From a virus: a stretch of DNA of 64,000 nt. The translations under genes were made by a program, and so were the position numbers. Under the pieces are notes generated by a model. That model ran no database searches, was not told the origin of the DNA, and saw only the letters and a program-made list of their open reading frames with translations. This document shows positions 39,801-48,491 of this stretch, piece after piece; within the stretch, counting starts at the first letter, position 1; the number at the start of each line of letters is the position of its first letter. Where the stretch lies: IMG/VR virus record IMGVR_UViG_3300005805_000042. The stretch is one strand, 5' to 3'.

Positions 39801-40883
39801 AGTTCCTGATGGAATACAACTTCCAGTAATCAAATATTCTTTAACACAAATTCTTGGATTACCAGTGTCACCACTAAACCTAATTGACATTGCGTTTGAC
39901 ACACCATCATACAAGGGGTCCAATTCTTTAACTGACGCTTCTGTTGAACAACTACAAGGACAACCACAAGTACAATTCGATGATGTCACACCCGAGGGTT
40001 GATATACGGGAATACAGTCAGCACCTGTCCCCCCCGTTATAGAACATCCACAAGTGTGCATACATGTGAGACCTGAGGTCACTCTCGTGTAACCAGTATC
40101 TGAAGATGGACTTCCATCCGCATAGTGATAAAATTTGTTTTCGGCTCTACTTCCCATAAAAAAGAAGGTACCTTTGTTTTCAGGATAACGAGCGTTGAGT
40201 CCAATATTTGTATCCCCCGTAAATTGATATTTCAACAACATCTCCACGGACCAACCCTCACTTACCCTTGTTGGAAACACCTCGTAATCATATCCTTCGA
40301 GTTTGTAAAAACCTTGGTAAAATCCACCTTGGAGTTTCGCAACGGTTCCAATATCTCCTCCCGTATCAACATAAGAAAGTCCATAAGAATATGAGTTATC
40401 GTTCCATAATCTATTTTCAGATGTTGTATTACCTGAGATAGGGTGCATCTTAAACCTTCGGTCATAAACATATCTGTTATATGTGTCGGCAGTTGTGGTA
40501 TAAAGACCTGTATATGCCGTCATGGTAATACCTGACATTTCAGTGGTCAAACCATTGTCAATACCTGTTAAACCTACATCACAAATTTCGGTGGTTACAG
40601 GACAGAAGTTTGGGTCAATATCTAAAGGGTTATAATAGTTTTCTGAAACAACAGTATCATAAAGAAACTGACCCACTAAGGGTGATATAGTTGTGCCTGT
40701 TGAGTTAAAATCAAAGCTAAACGGCATTCTATTGCCATCATCTTCAGCAATCAATAAAGGTGAAAAAATAACCTCTTGATTGAAGTCTCGAGCGTCGTCT
40801 GCCAAACAGAAATCTGTGATTTCATTGACAGGTTTTAACCCAATCTTCCTGTAATTGTATTGATTGATATTTTGGTATGCCAT
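36861..40883 (-). CDS. Large virion appendage protein with Thr/Pro stalks and two C-terminal LamG/ConA-like domains (1340 aa)
   Basis: Two repeats beginning [16 protein letters not shown]...F-x-G...YT(Y/V)...W...YNRQLS/YSTSLT...QI-x-QN(Y/F); three PT-rich linkers; Cys-rich patch. Confidence 0.75.
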   Translation of the reverse strand: MAYQNINQYNYRKIGLKPVNEITDFCLADDARDFNQEVIFSPLLIAEDDGNRMPFSFDFNSTGTTISPLVGQFLYDTVVSENYYNPLDIDPNFCPVTTEICDVGLTGIDNGLTTEMSGITMTAYTGLYTTTADTYNRYVYDRRFKMHPISGNTTSENRLWNDNSYSYGLSYVDTGGDIGTVAKLQGGFYQGFYKLEGYDYEVFPTRVSEGWSVEMLLKYQFTGDTNIGLNARYPENKGTFFFMGSRAENKFYHYADGSPSSDTGYTRVTSGLTCMHTCGCSITGGTGADCIPVYQPSGVTSSNCTCGCPCSCSTEASVKELDPLYDGVSNAMSIRFSGDTGNPRICVKEYLITGSCIPSGTCLTGTSFVTGVTTVEWCSTKGIFDDCRFTQYSEIEHWVQIDAVFERNVYFDCKDLDYLGGLSQIVEQVFTATSANNSVSLVMPPITHEEGYSGYTPAKTTQVYIDDLWLQQREFRLGTLKIFVNGRLFMVCEDFEEIIPRPLNTFKERQVGVPFNISVGGGTQGLKDNLTFSGGCPAELSGITYQQDPECLTTEDLDNTIYSGLTTNIFLEEVFGGSFIGEISSFRMYVEPLDASEVKHNFRILKNKYDLLDPDCPDCFVIIPPTPSPTVTPTVTPTNTETPTNTPSQTNTETPTNTPTPTNTETPTNTPTETPTNTPTNTETPTNTPTETPTNTPSETPTNTPTETPTNTPSETPTNTPSDSPTNTPTETPTNTPSDTPTNTPTETPTSTPTPTATVGLTPTATETQTPTATQTPTNTPSETTTGTPTNTPTPTVTPTLPDEGFLLQENYFMILQEDESGILIEPIQPTPTPTQTTTPTNTPTITQTPTNTQTPTNTLTPSSTPSLVTSGLIIQLDAYENSSYPGTGTTVYDITGGYNHTLIGATYTVLNGIKCFDCTTGTNRVDYNATGPLLPNSGYTYITWARLISSNAGFRTVLYTKGPPKITPITIPDGTNTLGYWATGFVSSGYDLSGETSVWVQYAVVGTNSSQTFYINGSQVGSTINEGAGGTTHWGWGNNDIVPQPWGHVANMYFYNRQLSLSEITQQYNFLAPRFVEPTPTPTSTSTPTVTPTNTITPTNTITPTPSVTPNIVTSNLQLQLLPSSYVGSGTVWDTTVGSTDATLSGSPTYNALSGFTFNGTSSYGRIPSVDGVTNFTNTQQYTVEIWFNPSNGQPNSGEAELLEKWNLNNESRYPYTIRFNEGASSMLVAAYDGSNFPSVSLTGFSVDTWVQLVAVFDFVTDTLTVYRNGISGGTTSLVGVNQVSNTSPVGIAGRVAATTGNLQVPFKGTVGIIRMYSTSLTPSQILQNFNADKSKYGL
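38484..39015 (-). repeat. Coding 8-aa (24-nt) repeat array TPTNTP(T/S)E
   Basis: About 175 aa consisting almost only of T/P/N/E/S; further PT blocks at ~38284-38398 and ~37551-37650. Confidence 0.9.
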
Positions 40884-40893
40884 AAACTATATG

Positions 40894-40920
40894 ATAAATA
40901 CCCTTCTTTTGAGTATTTAT
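40894..40920. promoter_or_regulatory. Back-to-back divergent TATTTAT late-promoter-like motifs
   Basis: ATAAATA at 40894-40900 and TATTTAT at 40914-40920, each 10-12 nt before a start codon; the same motif precedes many structural genes. Confidence 0.6.
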
Positions 40921-40932
40921 AGATAAAAAAGT

Positions 40933-41733
40933 ATGCTGAAATTAAACGAAGAATATTTCGGTTCAAATTATTACTTTCTTCTTCGAGAAAAGAAGGACGG
41001 TGGACATCTATGGTTTTCGGTTGCAAAGACAATCACCGAGGCTAGGAAGAAAGATGATTACATCAAAGTGCCAAAAGAGAAAATCGAAAAACTAAAAAAT
41101 CATTTAAATAAATTGATTAAAAGTAAAACGAAAAAGTCCCCCAAAGAAATTAAAGGTGAAATTGAAGAACTTGTGAATTCAGATGGAACTCTATCTAATT
41201 CTAATGTCCCAATCTTGGACCCTCGTTTACACCCAAGAAAAACTATGGACCAAACCGTTCAAGCAACAACACAACCAGGTAATTACTTGGCATGGTCTTA
41301 CAGGGGAGGTAAAACATACTATTCTGAATCAGAGGTAAAAGAAGAAGATATGTCTGCAGCTTTTGGGTATGAAGAAACAAAAGATATGACACCTGAGGAA
41401 ACAATTAAAACTCTCGAAAAAATGGGTGTGGAAAATCCTGTTGAAAGAGCAATTGAATTTGGAAAAGACCCAAAAATTTCTCAGGAGAACAAAAAAAAGG
41501 GTAGCGATATGAAAATTCGTCTTCAAGAAAAAGAAATTTTCAGACGAATTCAAAAAGAGCAAATGGCAAAAATTATCGAAGATATTTTGGTTAATAAGAA
41601 AAATAAAAAAGATATTGTCGATAAAAAAAAAGGTAGAGAAGTTTTTACTAAATCTGAGATTATTGATTTAATCAAAAAAAACGAACCCACTGATAATATT
41701 GATAAAGTAATTAAATCATCTCGTGAACAGTAA
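40933..41733 (+). CDS. Hypothetical protein, possible internal head protein
   Basis: Lys/Glu-rich, starts MLKLNEE; late motif upstream. Confidence 0.6.
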   Translation: MLKLNEEYFGSNYYFLLREKKDGGHLWFSVAKTITEARKKDDYIKVPKEKIEKLKNHLNKLIKSKTKKSPKEIKGEIEELVNSDGTLSNSNVPILDPRLHPRKTMDQTVQATTQPGNYLAWSYRGGKTYYSESEVKEEDMSAAFGYEETKDMTPEETIKTLEKMGVENPVERAIEFGKDPKISQENKKKGSDMKIRLQEKEIFRRIQKEQMAKIIEDILVNKKNKKDIVDKKKGREVFTKSEIIDLIKKNEPTDNIDKVIKSSREQ

Positions 41734-42211
41734 TCTCTATAATTCAAGTATTGGTGAAGTGTTAATTCCAAAAGAAATTAAACAACACCTTGTAAATTCT
41801 TTTGCCCAATCAGAAGGTGCCACTACAAACACTGAAGGATTCAGAAGAAATCAAGAATTACAAGGACAAGAAAAAATTACTTACAAACAACTCAAAAGAA
41901 TTAAAAACTTTTTTGATAACTATAAAGGTAAACCTACTGAATTACCTTTTATTTTGAATGGCGGTGTTCTGATGAAAAACTGGGTAAACAATACCCTTTC
42001 AAGTATGAGAAATAATACTCAGAATAACCAAGAAGATACGGCACCCGAAGACTCAAAAGTCAATTCAAGTGACCTAAAAAATAATGTAAAAGACTTGGTG
42101 AGACCATCAAAAGAACACAAACGAACCTCCCAAAAACATGCCTCAGCAACCTACGAACAAACAGTTGTTGAGAGTCTAAAAAGAATAAATGAATTAATCT
42201 CTAAAATCTAA
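41723..42211 (+). CDS. Hypothetical protein
   Basis: 162 aa ORF in a tightly packed operon. Confidence 0.6.
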   Translation: MNSNLYNSSIGEVLIPKEIKQHLVNSFAQSEGATTNTEGFRRNQELQGQEKITYKQLKRIKNFFDNYKGKPTELPFILNGGVLMKNWVNNTLSSMRNNTQNNQEDTAPEDSKVNSSDLKNNVKDLVRPSKEHKRTSQKHASATYEQTVVESLKRINELISKI

Positions 42212-42519
42212 TGCCCGCTAACAACCCCAAGGTTTTCGAACCTTTAGACTTGAATCAAACTGAACAAAATAACTTAACGGCAATTGCTGAAATCGAAAGA
42301 AAACGATTAATTACCCGTAATGACTTTAAACAAGGTGCCGATGAATATGGTGTAACCAATTCACAGGCTCTTGCCGATGGTGATGATATGGGTAGAGGAA
42401 CCGGTGTTTTCTTGGATGTTTACAACGATGCCGCAGGTACCAGTGTTGATATCTTTGAAAGAAAAGACGATATCAAAATTAACAAATACAATAGATTTAA
42501 AACTTACCCTAACTTCTAA
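42211..42519 (+). CDS. Hypothetical protein
   Basis: 102 aa ORF with TAATG coupling at both ends. Confidence 0.6.
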   Translation: MPANNPKVFEPLDLNQTEQNNLTAIAEIERKRLITRNDFKQGADEYGVTNSQALADGDDMGRGTGVFLDVYNDAAGTSVDIFERKDDIKINKYNRFKTYPNF

Positions 42520-42899
42520 TGAAACTTACAGAAGTTTTCAAATTGTTAATTACCGAAATTGCTTCTGTTGATTCGGTAAGAAAATCTATTGAAGACAAAC
42601 AAAAAATCATCATGTATTATGATGGTGATGAACCAGGTGGTAGAGGTTTGAGACTTATCGAGCCTGTTGCCCTTGGAAGAAGTAAAAGAGGAAATTTAGT
42701 TTTACGGGCTTGGGATGAAGAAGGTGCTTCACACCGAGGGTATTTGGGTACACGCCCAATGCCGGGATGGAGATTATTTAAACTCGATAAAATACTGTCT
42801 TACAAACCATCAGGTGAAAATTTTAACACACCAAGACCAAATTTTAACTCAACTGGTGACAAAGACATGACAAGTATTATTATTATAGCAAAATTCTAA
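42519..42899 (+). CDS. Stand-alone WYL-domain protein
   Basis: IIMYYDG...RLIEPVALG...LVLRAW...GWRLFKLDKI. Confidence 0.75.
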   Translation: MKLTEVFKLLITEIASVDSVRKSIEDKQKIIMYYDGDEPGGRGLRLIEPVALGRSKRGNLVLRAWDEEGASHRGYLGTRPMPGWRLFKLDKILSYKPSGENFNTPRPNFNSTGDKDMTSIIIIAKF

Positions 42900-42902
42900 G
42901 AA

Positions 42903-43487
42903 ATGGATTTAGAGAAAATTATGTTATCAAAGGCTATCATGGATAGACATAGCCAAATGGATTCGGGTAACACCCCTAAACCAAAATCTAACACGGTATT
43001 GGAAAACTATGATGCTCCTCAAGCAAAGTACAATATTCCACAAGAATTTATGACCGAAGCACCACAGAGAATGCAAATGCCCCAAACGGCTTCAATTCCT
43101 GTAAGCCCATTTTCTAACAAACCATACCCTGTAGCCTCGGCGGATGCTATTAAAAATTCTAAATTACCAGACGCAATCAAAAAGTTAATGATTGAACACC
43201 CTATCGAACAACCAAACTCAATGTCGGGTGGAGCGGTTTTATCTGATGAATTAGTTGAAAGAGCATCAAGGCTTATGGGAAATAGTAAAAAACCAATTGT
43301 AGAACAAGCCGTACCACAACAAAATACAAGTGACTTAAGAAGGGTTCTAAAAGAAGTTGTTCAAGAAGTTTTAACTGAAAATGGGTTATTGATGGAAGGG
43401 GCCGAAAAGTCCAACGAAGTGTTTAGGTTTCAAGTTGGTAAACATTTGTTTGAAGGAAAACTCACAAAAATCAAAAAGTTGACTTAG
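42903..43487 (+). CDS. Hypothetical protein
   Basis: 194 aa ORF at the end of the operon. Confidence 0.6.
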   Translation: MDLEKIMLSKAIMDRHSQMDSGNTPKPKSNTVLENYDAPQAKYNIPQEFMTEAPQRMQMPQTASIPVSPFSNKPYPVASADAIKNSKLPDAIKKLMIEHPIEQPNSMSGGAVLSDELVERASRLMGNSKKPIVEQAVPQQNTSDLRRVLKEVVQEVLTENGLLMEGAEKSNEVFRFQVGKHLFEGKLTKIKKLT

Positions 43488-43542
43488 GTACTTTTCATTT
43501 GTGTAATGATTTCTTATATTTTATGGAACTAAAATATAATTC

Positions 43543-44757
43543 ATGTCACAAATAAATGTATTAGTAGTACCATCTGACCGATTTGGTGTCGGAAAATTTA
43601 GGTCTATTGAACCCCACACTTTTTTACAAAATAAATTTCCTCAAGATTTTCACATTGAGATAGACCTAAACCCTCCTATGGATAACTTGGATTTTTATAA
43701 AAAATTCCAACTTGTTGTTTACCATAGAAGTATTACAAATGACTTTGAAAAGTCATACGAGCTTGTAGAAAATTTGAAAAAAATGGGTATTATCACAGTT
43801 TGTGATATGGATGACTATTGGAATCCAACAAAAGACCACCCAATTCACGATATTATTATTTACAATAAAATTAATGAAAAGATTGTTAATAGTATCAAAC
43901 AATCTAATTGGATTACAACAACAACACCACTTTTTGCTGAGGAAATTAGAAAATATAATAAAAATGTTTTTGTTCTCCCTAACGCAATCAATCCTAATGA
44001 AGCTCAGTTTAAAGAACCAACAATTGAACACGAAAAATTAAGGGTTGGATGGTTAGGAGGTTCATCACACTTATCGGACCTCCAACTTTTGGATTCTTCA
44101 TTTGCTAAATTAACCTCCCATTACAAGGACCTTCAATTTGTTATCTGTGGTTTTGATACAAGAGGAACCATTACTGAAATTAATGGTCAAACTGGTGAGC
44201 ACAAAAAAAGACCAATTCGTCCTGAAGAAACCGTTTGGGCTCGTTATGAAGAAATCTTCACACAAAATTACAAATATGTAAGCCCCGAATATGAAAAAGT
44301 TTTAAAAAAATATACCCAAGAAGAATACCCTGAATTTTCAGATGAGTCCTACCGAAGAGTGTGGACTCTACCGGTCACCTCATACGCGAGAAACTATGCA
44401 AAACTTGATGTATCTTTGGCTCCGATTAAAAATCATATGTTCAATAGAATGAAATCACAACTTAAAGTGATTGAGGCAGGATTCTACAAAAAAGCTTTGA
44501 TTGCTACTGATTTGGGTCCATATACAATTGATTTGAAACATTGTTTGAAAAATGGTGAGTTTACAGATGGAAATGCGATGTTAGTTGATGAAAACCGTAA
44601 TCATGGTGATTGGGCTAAATTTATCGTAAAACTAATTAAAAACCCAAATTTAGCAAAAGACATGGGTGAAAGATTATATGAGACAGTAAGTAAAAAATAC
44701 GATTTGAATATTGTAACAGCAGAAAGAGCAGAATTCTACAAAAGTTTAATTAAATAA
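43543..44757 (+). CDS. GT-B (GT4-like) glycosyltransferase
   Basis: VLPNAINP, VGWLGGSSH, DVSLAP...FNRMKSQLKVIEAG. Confidence 0.75.
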   Translation: MSQINVLVVPSDRFGVGKFRSIEPHTFLQNKFPQDFHIEIDLNPPMDNLDFYKKFQLVVYHRSITNDFEKSYELVENLKKMGIITVCDMDDYWNPTKDHPIHDIIIYNKINEKIVNSIKQSNWITTTTPLFAEEIRKYNKNVFVLPNAINPNEAQFKEPTIEHEKLRVGWLGGSSHLSDLQLLDSSFAKLTSHYKDLQFVICGFDTRGTITEINGQTGEHKKRPIRPEETVWARYEEIFTQNYKYVSPEYEKVLKKYTQEEYPEFSDESYRRVWTLPVTSYARNYAKLDVSLAPIKNHMFNRMKSQLKVIEAGFYKKALIATDLGPYTIDLKHCLKNGEFTDGNAMLVDENRNHGDWAKFIVKLIKNPNLAKDMGERLYETVSKKYDLNIVTAERAEFYKSLIK

Positions 44758-44765
44758 AAATCAAA

Positions 44766-45476
44766 ATGATTAAAACACCAATAAATAAAATCCTTTTTTT
44801 GGATATTGAAACCGTAGGTCTTGAAAAAAACTATGACGACCTACGCACCAATCATCCAAGAATTGCCGACCAATTTGACAAATATTTTGATTGGTTCTTA
44901 AAAAGATTTCCCGAAGATAAAGAAATTCAAGAAGACCAAAAAAATGTTGTTTTTGCAACTCGAGCAGCACTTGTACCTGAGTTTGCCAAAGTTGTTTGTG
45001 TCAGTGTTGCATTTGTTCTAATCAACGGAGAGGTAAAGAAACAATCATTTTCCGGAGATGATGAAAATCAATTGTTACGAGATTGTCAAAACCTATTAGA
45101 TAGATGTGGTAAATTGGACTTTTGGTTATGTGGACATAACCTAAAGAATTTTGATATTCCAATGTTGGCTAAAAGAATGTTGATTCAAAATATTCTTCCA
45201 CCCTCCATTCTTCCCTCTTACGATACGAAACCATGGGAAGTAAAAGCGATTGACACAAAAGAGGTGTGGCAATTCGGTGCATACACAGCAATCGGTTCAT
45301 TGGACTTACTATGTGCCTGTATGGATGTACCATCACCCAAAGAAGGGGAAGTTACTGGTTCTAAAGTTCACGACGCTTATTGGAATAAAAACATGTTAAA
45401 AGAAATTACCGAATACTGTGAACGAGATGTACAAGTATTGGTGGATGTAATTCAAAAATTAAAATCTTTAAAATGA
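44766..45476 (+). CDS. Stand-alone DEDD 3'-5' exonuclease (PolB exo2-like)
   Basis: LFLDIET, GHNLKNFDIP, YCERDV. Confidence 0.8.
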   Translation: MIKTPINKILFLDIETVGLEKNYDDLRTNHPRIADQFDKYFDWFLKRFPEDKEIQEDQKNVVFATRAALVPEFAKVVCVSVAFVLINGEVKKQSFSGDDENQLLRDCQNLLDRCGKLDFWLCGHNLKNFDIPMLAKRMLIQNILPPSILPSYDTKPWEVKAIDTKEVWQFGAYTAIGSLDLLCACMDVPSPKEGEVTGSKVHDAYWNKNMLKEITEYCERDVQVLVDVIQKLKSLK

Positions 45477-46102
45477 ACGACTATCAAGAAAACCAAGAAA
45501 ATATCGATGATTTAATCGACGCGGAGTTACAAAAGTTAATCGAAGAAGTTGAAAAATTAACTTTTAATTCCTTAAACTCTGAAACCGAATCTGAAGATGA
45601 GAAAACTTTGAACAAAAGTCTATCAGAATTAGATGATTTTATGGAACAAGAATTTTTAAAAATTGAATTGCCATTACAAAAACTTCACCACGATGCGATA
45701 GTACCTTCTTACGCGTATATTTTGGATTCGGGATTTGATTTATACAGCATCGAAGAAATTGAACTCTTACCATTCGGTAGAGCATTAGTCCCAACAGGTT
45801 TAGCCTTCGAAGTACCTGATGGTACAGAACTTCAGATTCGTAGTAAAAGTGGACTTGCAATAAACCAAGGTTTAATGGTGTTGAATAGTCCCGGCACTGT
45901 TGACTGTGGATATCTTGGTGAAATTAAGGTAATTGTTATGAATATGAACAACCATAGTGTTACAATAGAAAAAGGTACGAAAGTAGGTCAAGGGGTTTTA
46001 TGTCCAGTTTATAACGGTAAACGGCTTAAACTAATCGAAAAAGAAAGTTTAGGAACTTCTGACAGAGGAAATAAAGGTTTTGGTAGTACAGGTTTAAAAT
46101 GA
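45473..46102 (+). CDS. dut: Trimeric dUTPase with acidic N-terminal extension
   Basis: SGFDL, RSKSGLA, PGTVDCGYLGE, RGNKGFGSTG. Confidence 0.92.
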   Translation: MNDYQENQENIDDLIDAELQKLIEEVEKLTFNSLNSETESEDEKTLNKSLSELDDFMEQEFLKIELPLQKLHHDAIVPSYAYILDSGFDLYSIEEIELLPFGRALVPTGLAFEVPDGTELQIRSKSGLAINQGLMVLNSPGTVDCGYLGEIKVIVMNMNNHSVTIEKGTKVGQGVLCPVYNGKRLKLIEKESLGTSDRGNKGFGSTGLK

Positions 46103-47733
46103 TTACAGTTGGATATTCCACAAGAAAGCATAATCCCGAATTAATTGAATACTTCAAAAAATCATCGGGAAATCCAAAATATGTTGAAGTTATTGAAAAA
46201 ATTAACAACGGGGAAAAATCTCTTTCTCAGGTTTATAATGAGATACTTGAAGAATCACAAAGTGACATTGTAATTTTTTGTCACGATGACATTTATTTTG
46301 ACACAAATGCTTGGTATTCAAAAGTTATAAGAAACTTTGAAAAAAATGATTTTGGAATTATTGGTGTCGCGGGTACACCAAATTTACCAAGTTCAGGTCA
46401 ATGGTGGGAAGACCGAAGAAAGATGGTTGGAATTGTCAATCACGAAAGTAACGGAAAAAAATGGGAATCAAAATATTCCTCGAATTTTGGTAATGAAATT
46501 AGACAAGTAGCTATTGTTGATGGTCTGTTTATCTCAGTCAACAAAAAAAGAATTAAGAAAAACTTTGTTGAGGAATTCCAAGGATTTCACTTTTATGATT
46601 TACCTTTCTGTCTTGAAAATCATTTAGAAGGGGTAAAAATCGGTGTTTGTACAAACATTAGAATTACTCACAAATCAATTGGGCAAACCAATACCCAATG
46701 GGAAGAAAATAGACAATTATTTATTAAAAAATATTCTCACAATCTACCAATCAAAATTCCTTTTGACCCTGAAAGACAAATGAAAGTTTTGATTTCTTGC
46801 ATGTTCTTTAGGACCTTTACGGGCTCCGAAATTTATGTTTATGAATTGGCAAGAGCACTTCAAAAACAAAATTGTCAAGTTACCGTACTTTCTCAAATAG
46901 GGGGTCCCCTCACTGATTTAGCGAAAAAAGAGGGTATTAAATGTTTACCATTTGAAGAATCACCAGGTTTTAAAATGGGAGATGGTAAATGGATGGTTAT
47001 GGGTCCTGATGGAAAACCACAAGTCTCAACACCAACTACTTTGTATAAAATATCTGAAGTTGATTTTGACATCATTCATGTTCAACACAAACCCGTTGCA
47101 GAAAGAATCATCAATCTATACCCTATGATTGATAAAATTTCAACAATTCATTCTGAAGTTATTGAATTAGAAGACCCTGTTATTCATGATTCAATAAAAC
47201 ACTATGTTGCCATTCGTCCTGAAATTAAACAATATTTAGTAAATAAATTCGAAATCCCTGAAAACAAAATTTCTATAATTTACAATCCTGTAGATAAAAA
47301 TAAATTTCCAACATCCCCTAAAAATGAAAAAGGTTACATTCTTTTTGTCGGTACAGTTGATTATCTTAGAGAATTAGCAATCAAAGATGCTGGCGAATAC
47401 GCGATTTCTCTTGGAAAAGAACTATGGTTAGTTGGTGAAGATAAATCTATTTATTTAAAAAGTTACTTGGAACATCCCGCAATTAAACATTTTCCTCCTA
47501 CATGGAATCTTAAACCTTTTATCGAAGGGGCTTATGAAACTGCTGGTATTCAATTAGGAAGGACAACAATAGAAAGTTGGATGAGTGGCAAAGATAGTTG
47601 GATTTATAAAGTTAACGAGAGCGGTGATATTATTTCTAAAGAAAAAACTTCACCACCCGAAGACATTGAAAAGTTTTATTCTGAAAATGTCGCAAAACAA
47701 ATCCGTGAATTATTTATAAAAGTTCTATCATAA
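46099..47733 (+). CDS. Bifunctional glycosyltransferase (GT2-like plus GT4-like)
   Basis: IFCHDDIYF, VAIVDGLFI, FHFYDL; second domain FTGSEIYVYELARAL. Confidence 0.75.
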   Translation: MITVGYSTRKHNPELIEYFKKSSGNPKYVEVIEKINNGEKSLSQVYNEILEESQSDIVIFCHDDIYFDTNAWYSKVIRNFEKNDFGIIGVAGTPNLPSSGQWWEDRRKMVGIVNHESNGKKWESKYSSNFGNEIRQVAIVDGLFISVNKKRIKKNFVEEFQGFHFYDLPFCLENHLEGVKIGVCTNIRITHKSIGQTNTQWEENRQLFIKKYSHNLPIKIPFDPERQMKVLISCMFFRTFTGSEIYVYELARALQKQNCQVTVLSQIGGPLTDLAKKEGIKCLPFEESPGFKMGDGKWMVMGPDGKPQVSTPTTLYKISEVDFDIIHVQHKPVAERIINLYPMIDKISTIHSEVIELEDPVIHDSIKHYVAIRPEIKQYLVNKFEIPENKISIIYNPVDKNKFPTSPKNEKGYILFVGTVDYLRELAIKDAGEYAISLGKELWLVGEDKSIYLKSYLEHPAIKHFPPTWNLKPFIEGAYETAGIQLGRTTIESWMSGKDSWIYKVNESGDIISKEKTSPPEDIEKFYSENVAKQIRELFIKVLS

Positions 47734-48449
47734 TGGTTATATTAACAACAACTTTCAACTGTGAAAATTATGTTGAACGCTCTTTAATGAGCATAATGAG
47801 CCAAAGATTTTCAGACTTTAGATGTTTTATCACAGATGATATGTCAACAGATAAAACCATCGATATAATTAAACAAACTGTTGGTAACGACCCTCGTTTC
47901 GTTTTAATTCAGAATGAGGAAAAAAAATTTCAACCAGGAAATTATGACCAAGTAATTCGAGGAATGGATATAGATGACAATGAAATTTGTGTTGAAGTTG
48001 ACGGCGATGACTGGTTACCTAATTCAAATGTTTTTTCTTATATCAACGAACTATACAATAAAAAAGATATTTGGTTAACAAGTGGCTCATTTAAATACCA
48101 TGACGGGAGAAAAGGTTTTGCTAATCCACCAACTAATTTTGAAAATTTAAGGGGTCAAACATTTACCTTGTCACACCTAAGGACTTGGAAAGCATGGCTA
48201 TGGAAAAAAATTAACCAGGATGACCTAAAAGATGAGAAAGGTAATTATTGGAATGTTGCCGGTGATTTATCTTTCATGTTCCCAATGATAGAAATGTCGG
48301 GAAAAGAACATTTTGAATTTATCGATGAGATTATGTACATATACAACGAATCTAACCCAATTAATGACCACAAAGTTAATATTCAAAATGTAATTTATAC
48401 CGCTAACAAAATAAGAACAAAAACACCTTACAAATTACTTATTAAGTAA
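47733..48449 (+). CDS. Glycosyltransferase family 2
   Basis: TTTFNCENY, TDDMSTD, EVDGDDWL. Confidence 0.85.
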   Translation: MVILTTTFNCENYVERSLMSIMSQRFSDFRCFITDDMSTDKTIDIIKQTVGNDPRFVLIQNEEKKFQPGNYDQVIRGMDIDDNEICVEVDGDDWLPNSNVFSYINELYNKKDIWLTSGSFKYHDGRKGFANPPTNFENLRGQTFTLSHLRTWKAWLWKKINQDDLKDEKGNYWNVAGDLSFMFPMIEMSGKEHFEFIDEIMYIYNESNPINDHKVNIQNVIYTANKIRTKTPYKLLIK

Positions 48450-48491
48450 ATAAAAACTACAACAAAATAAAATAATCTTTATATTAAACCT

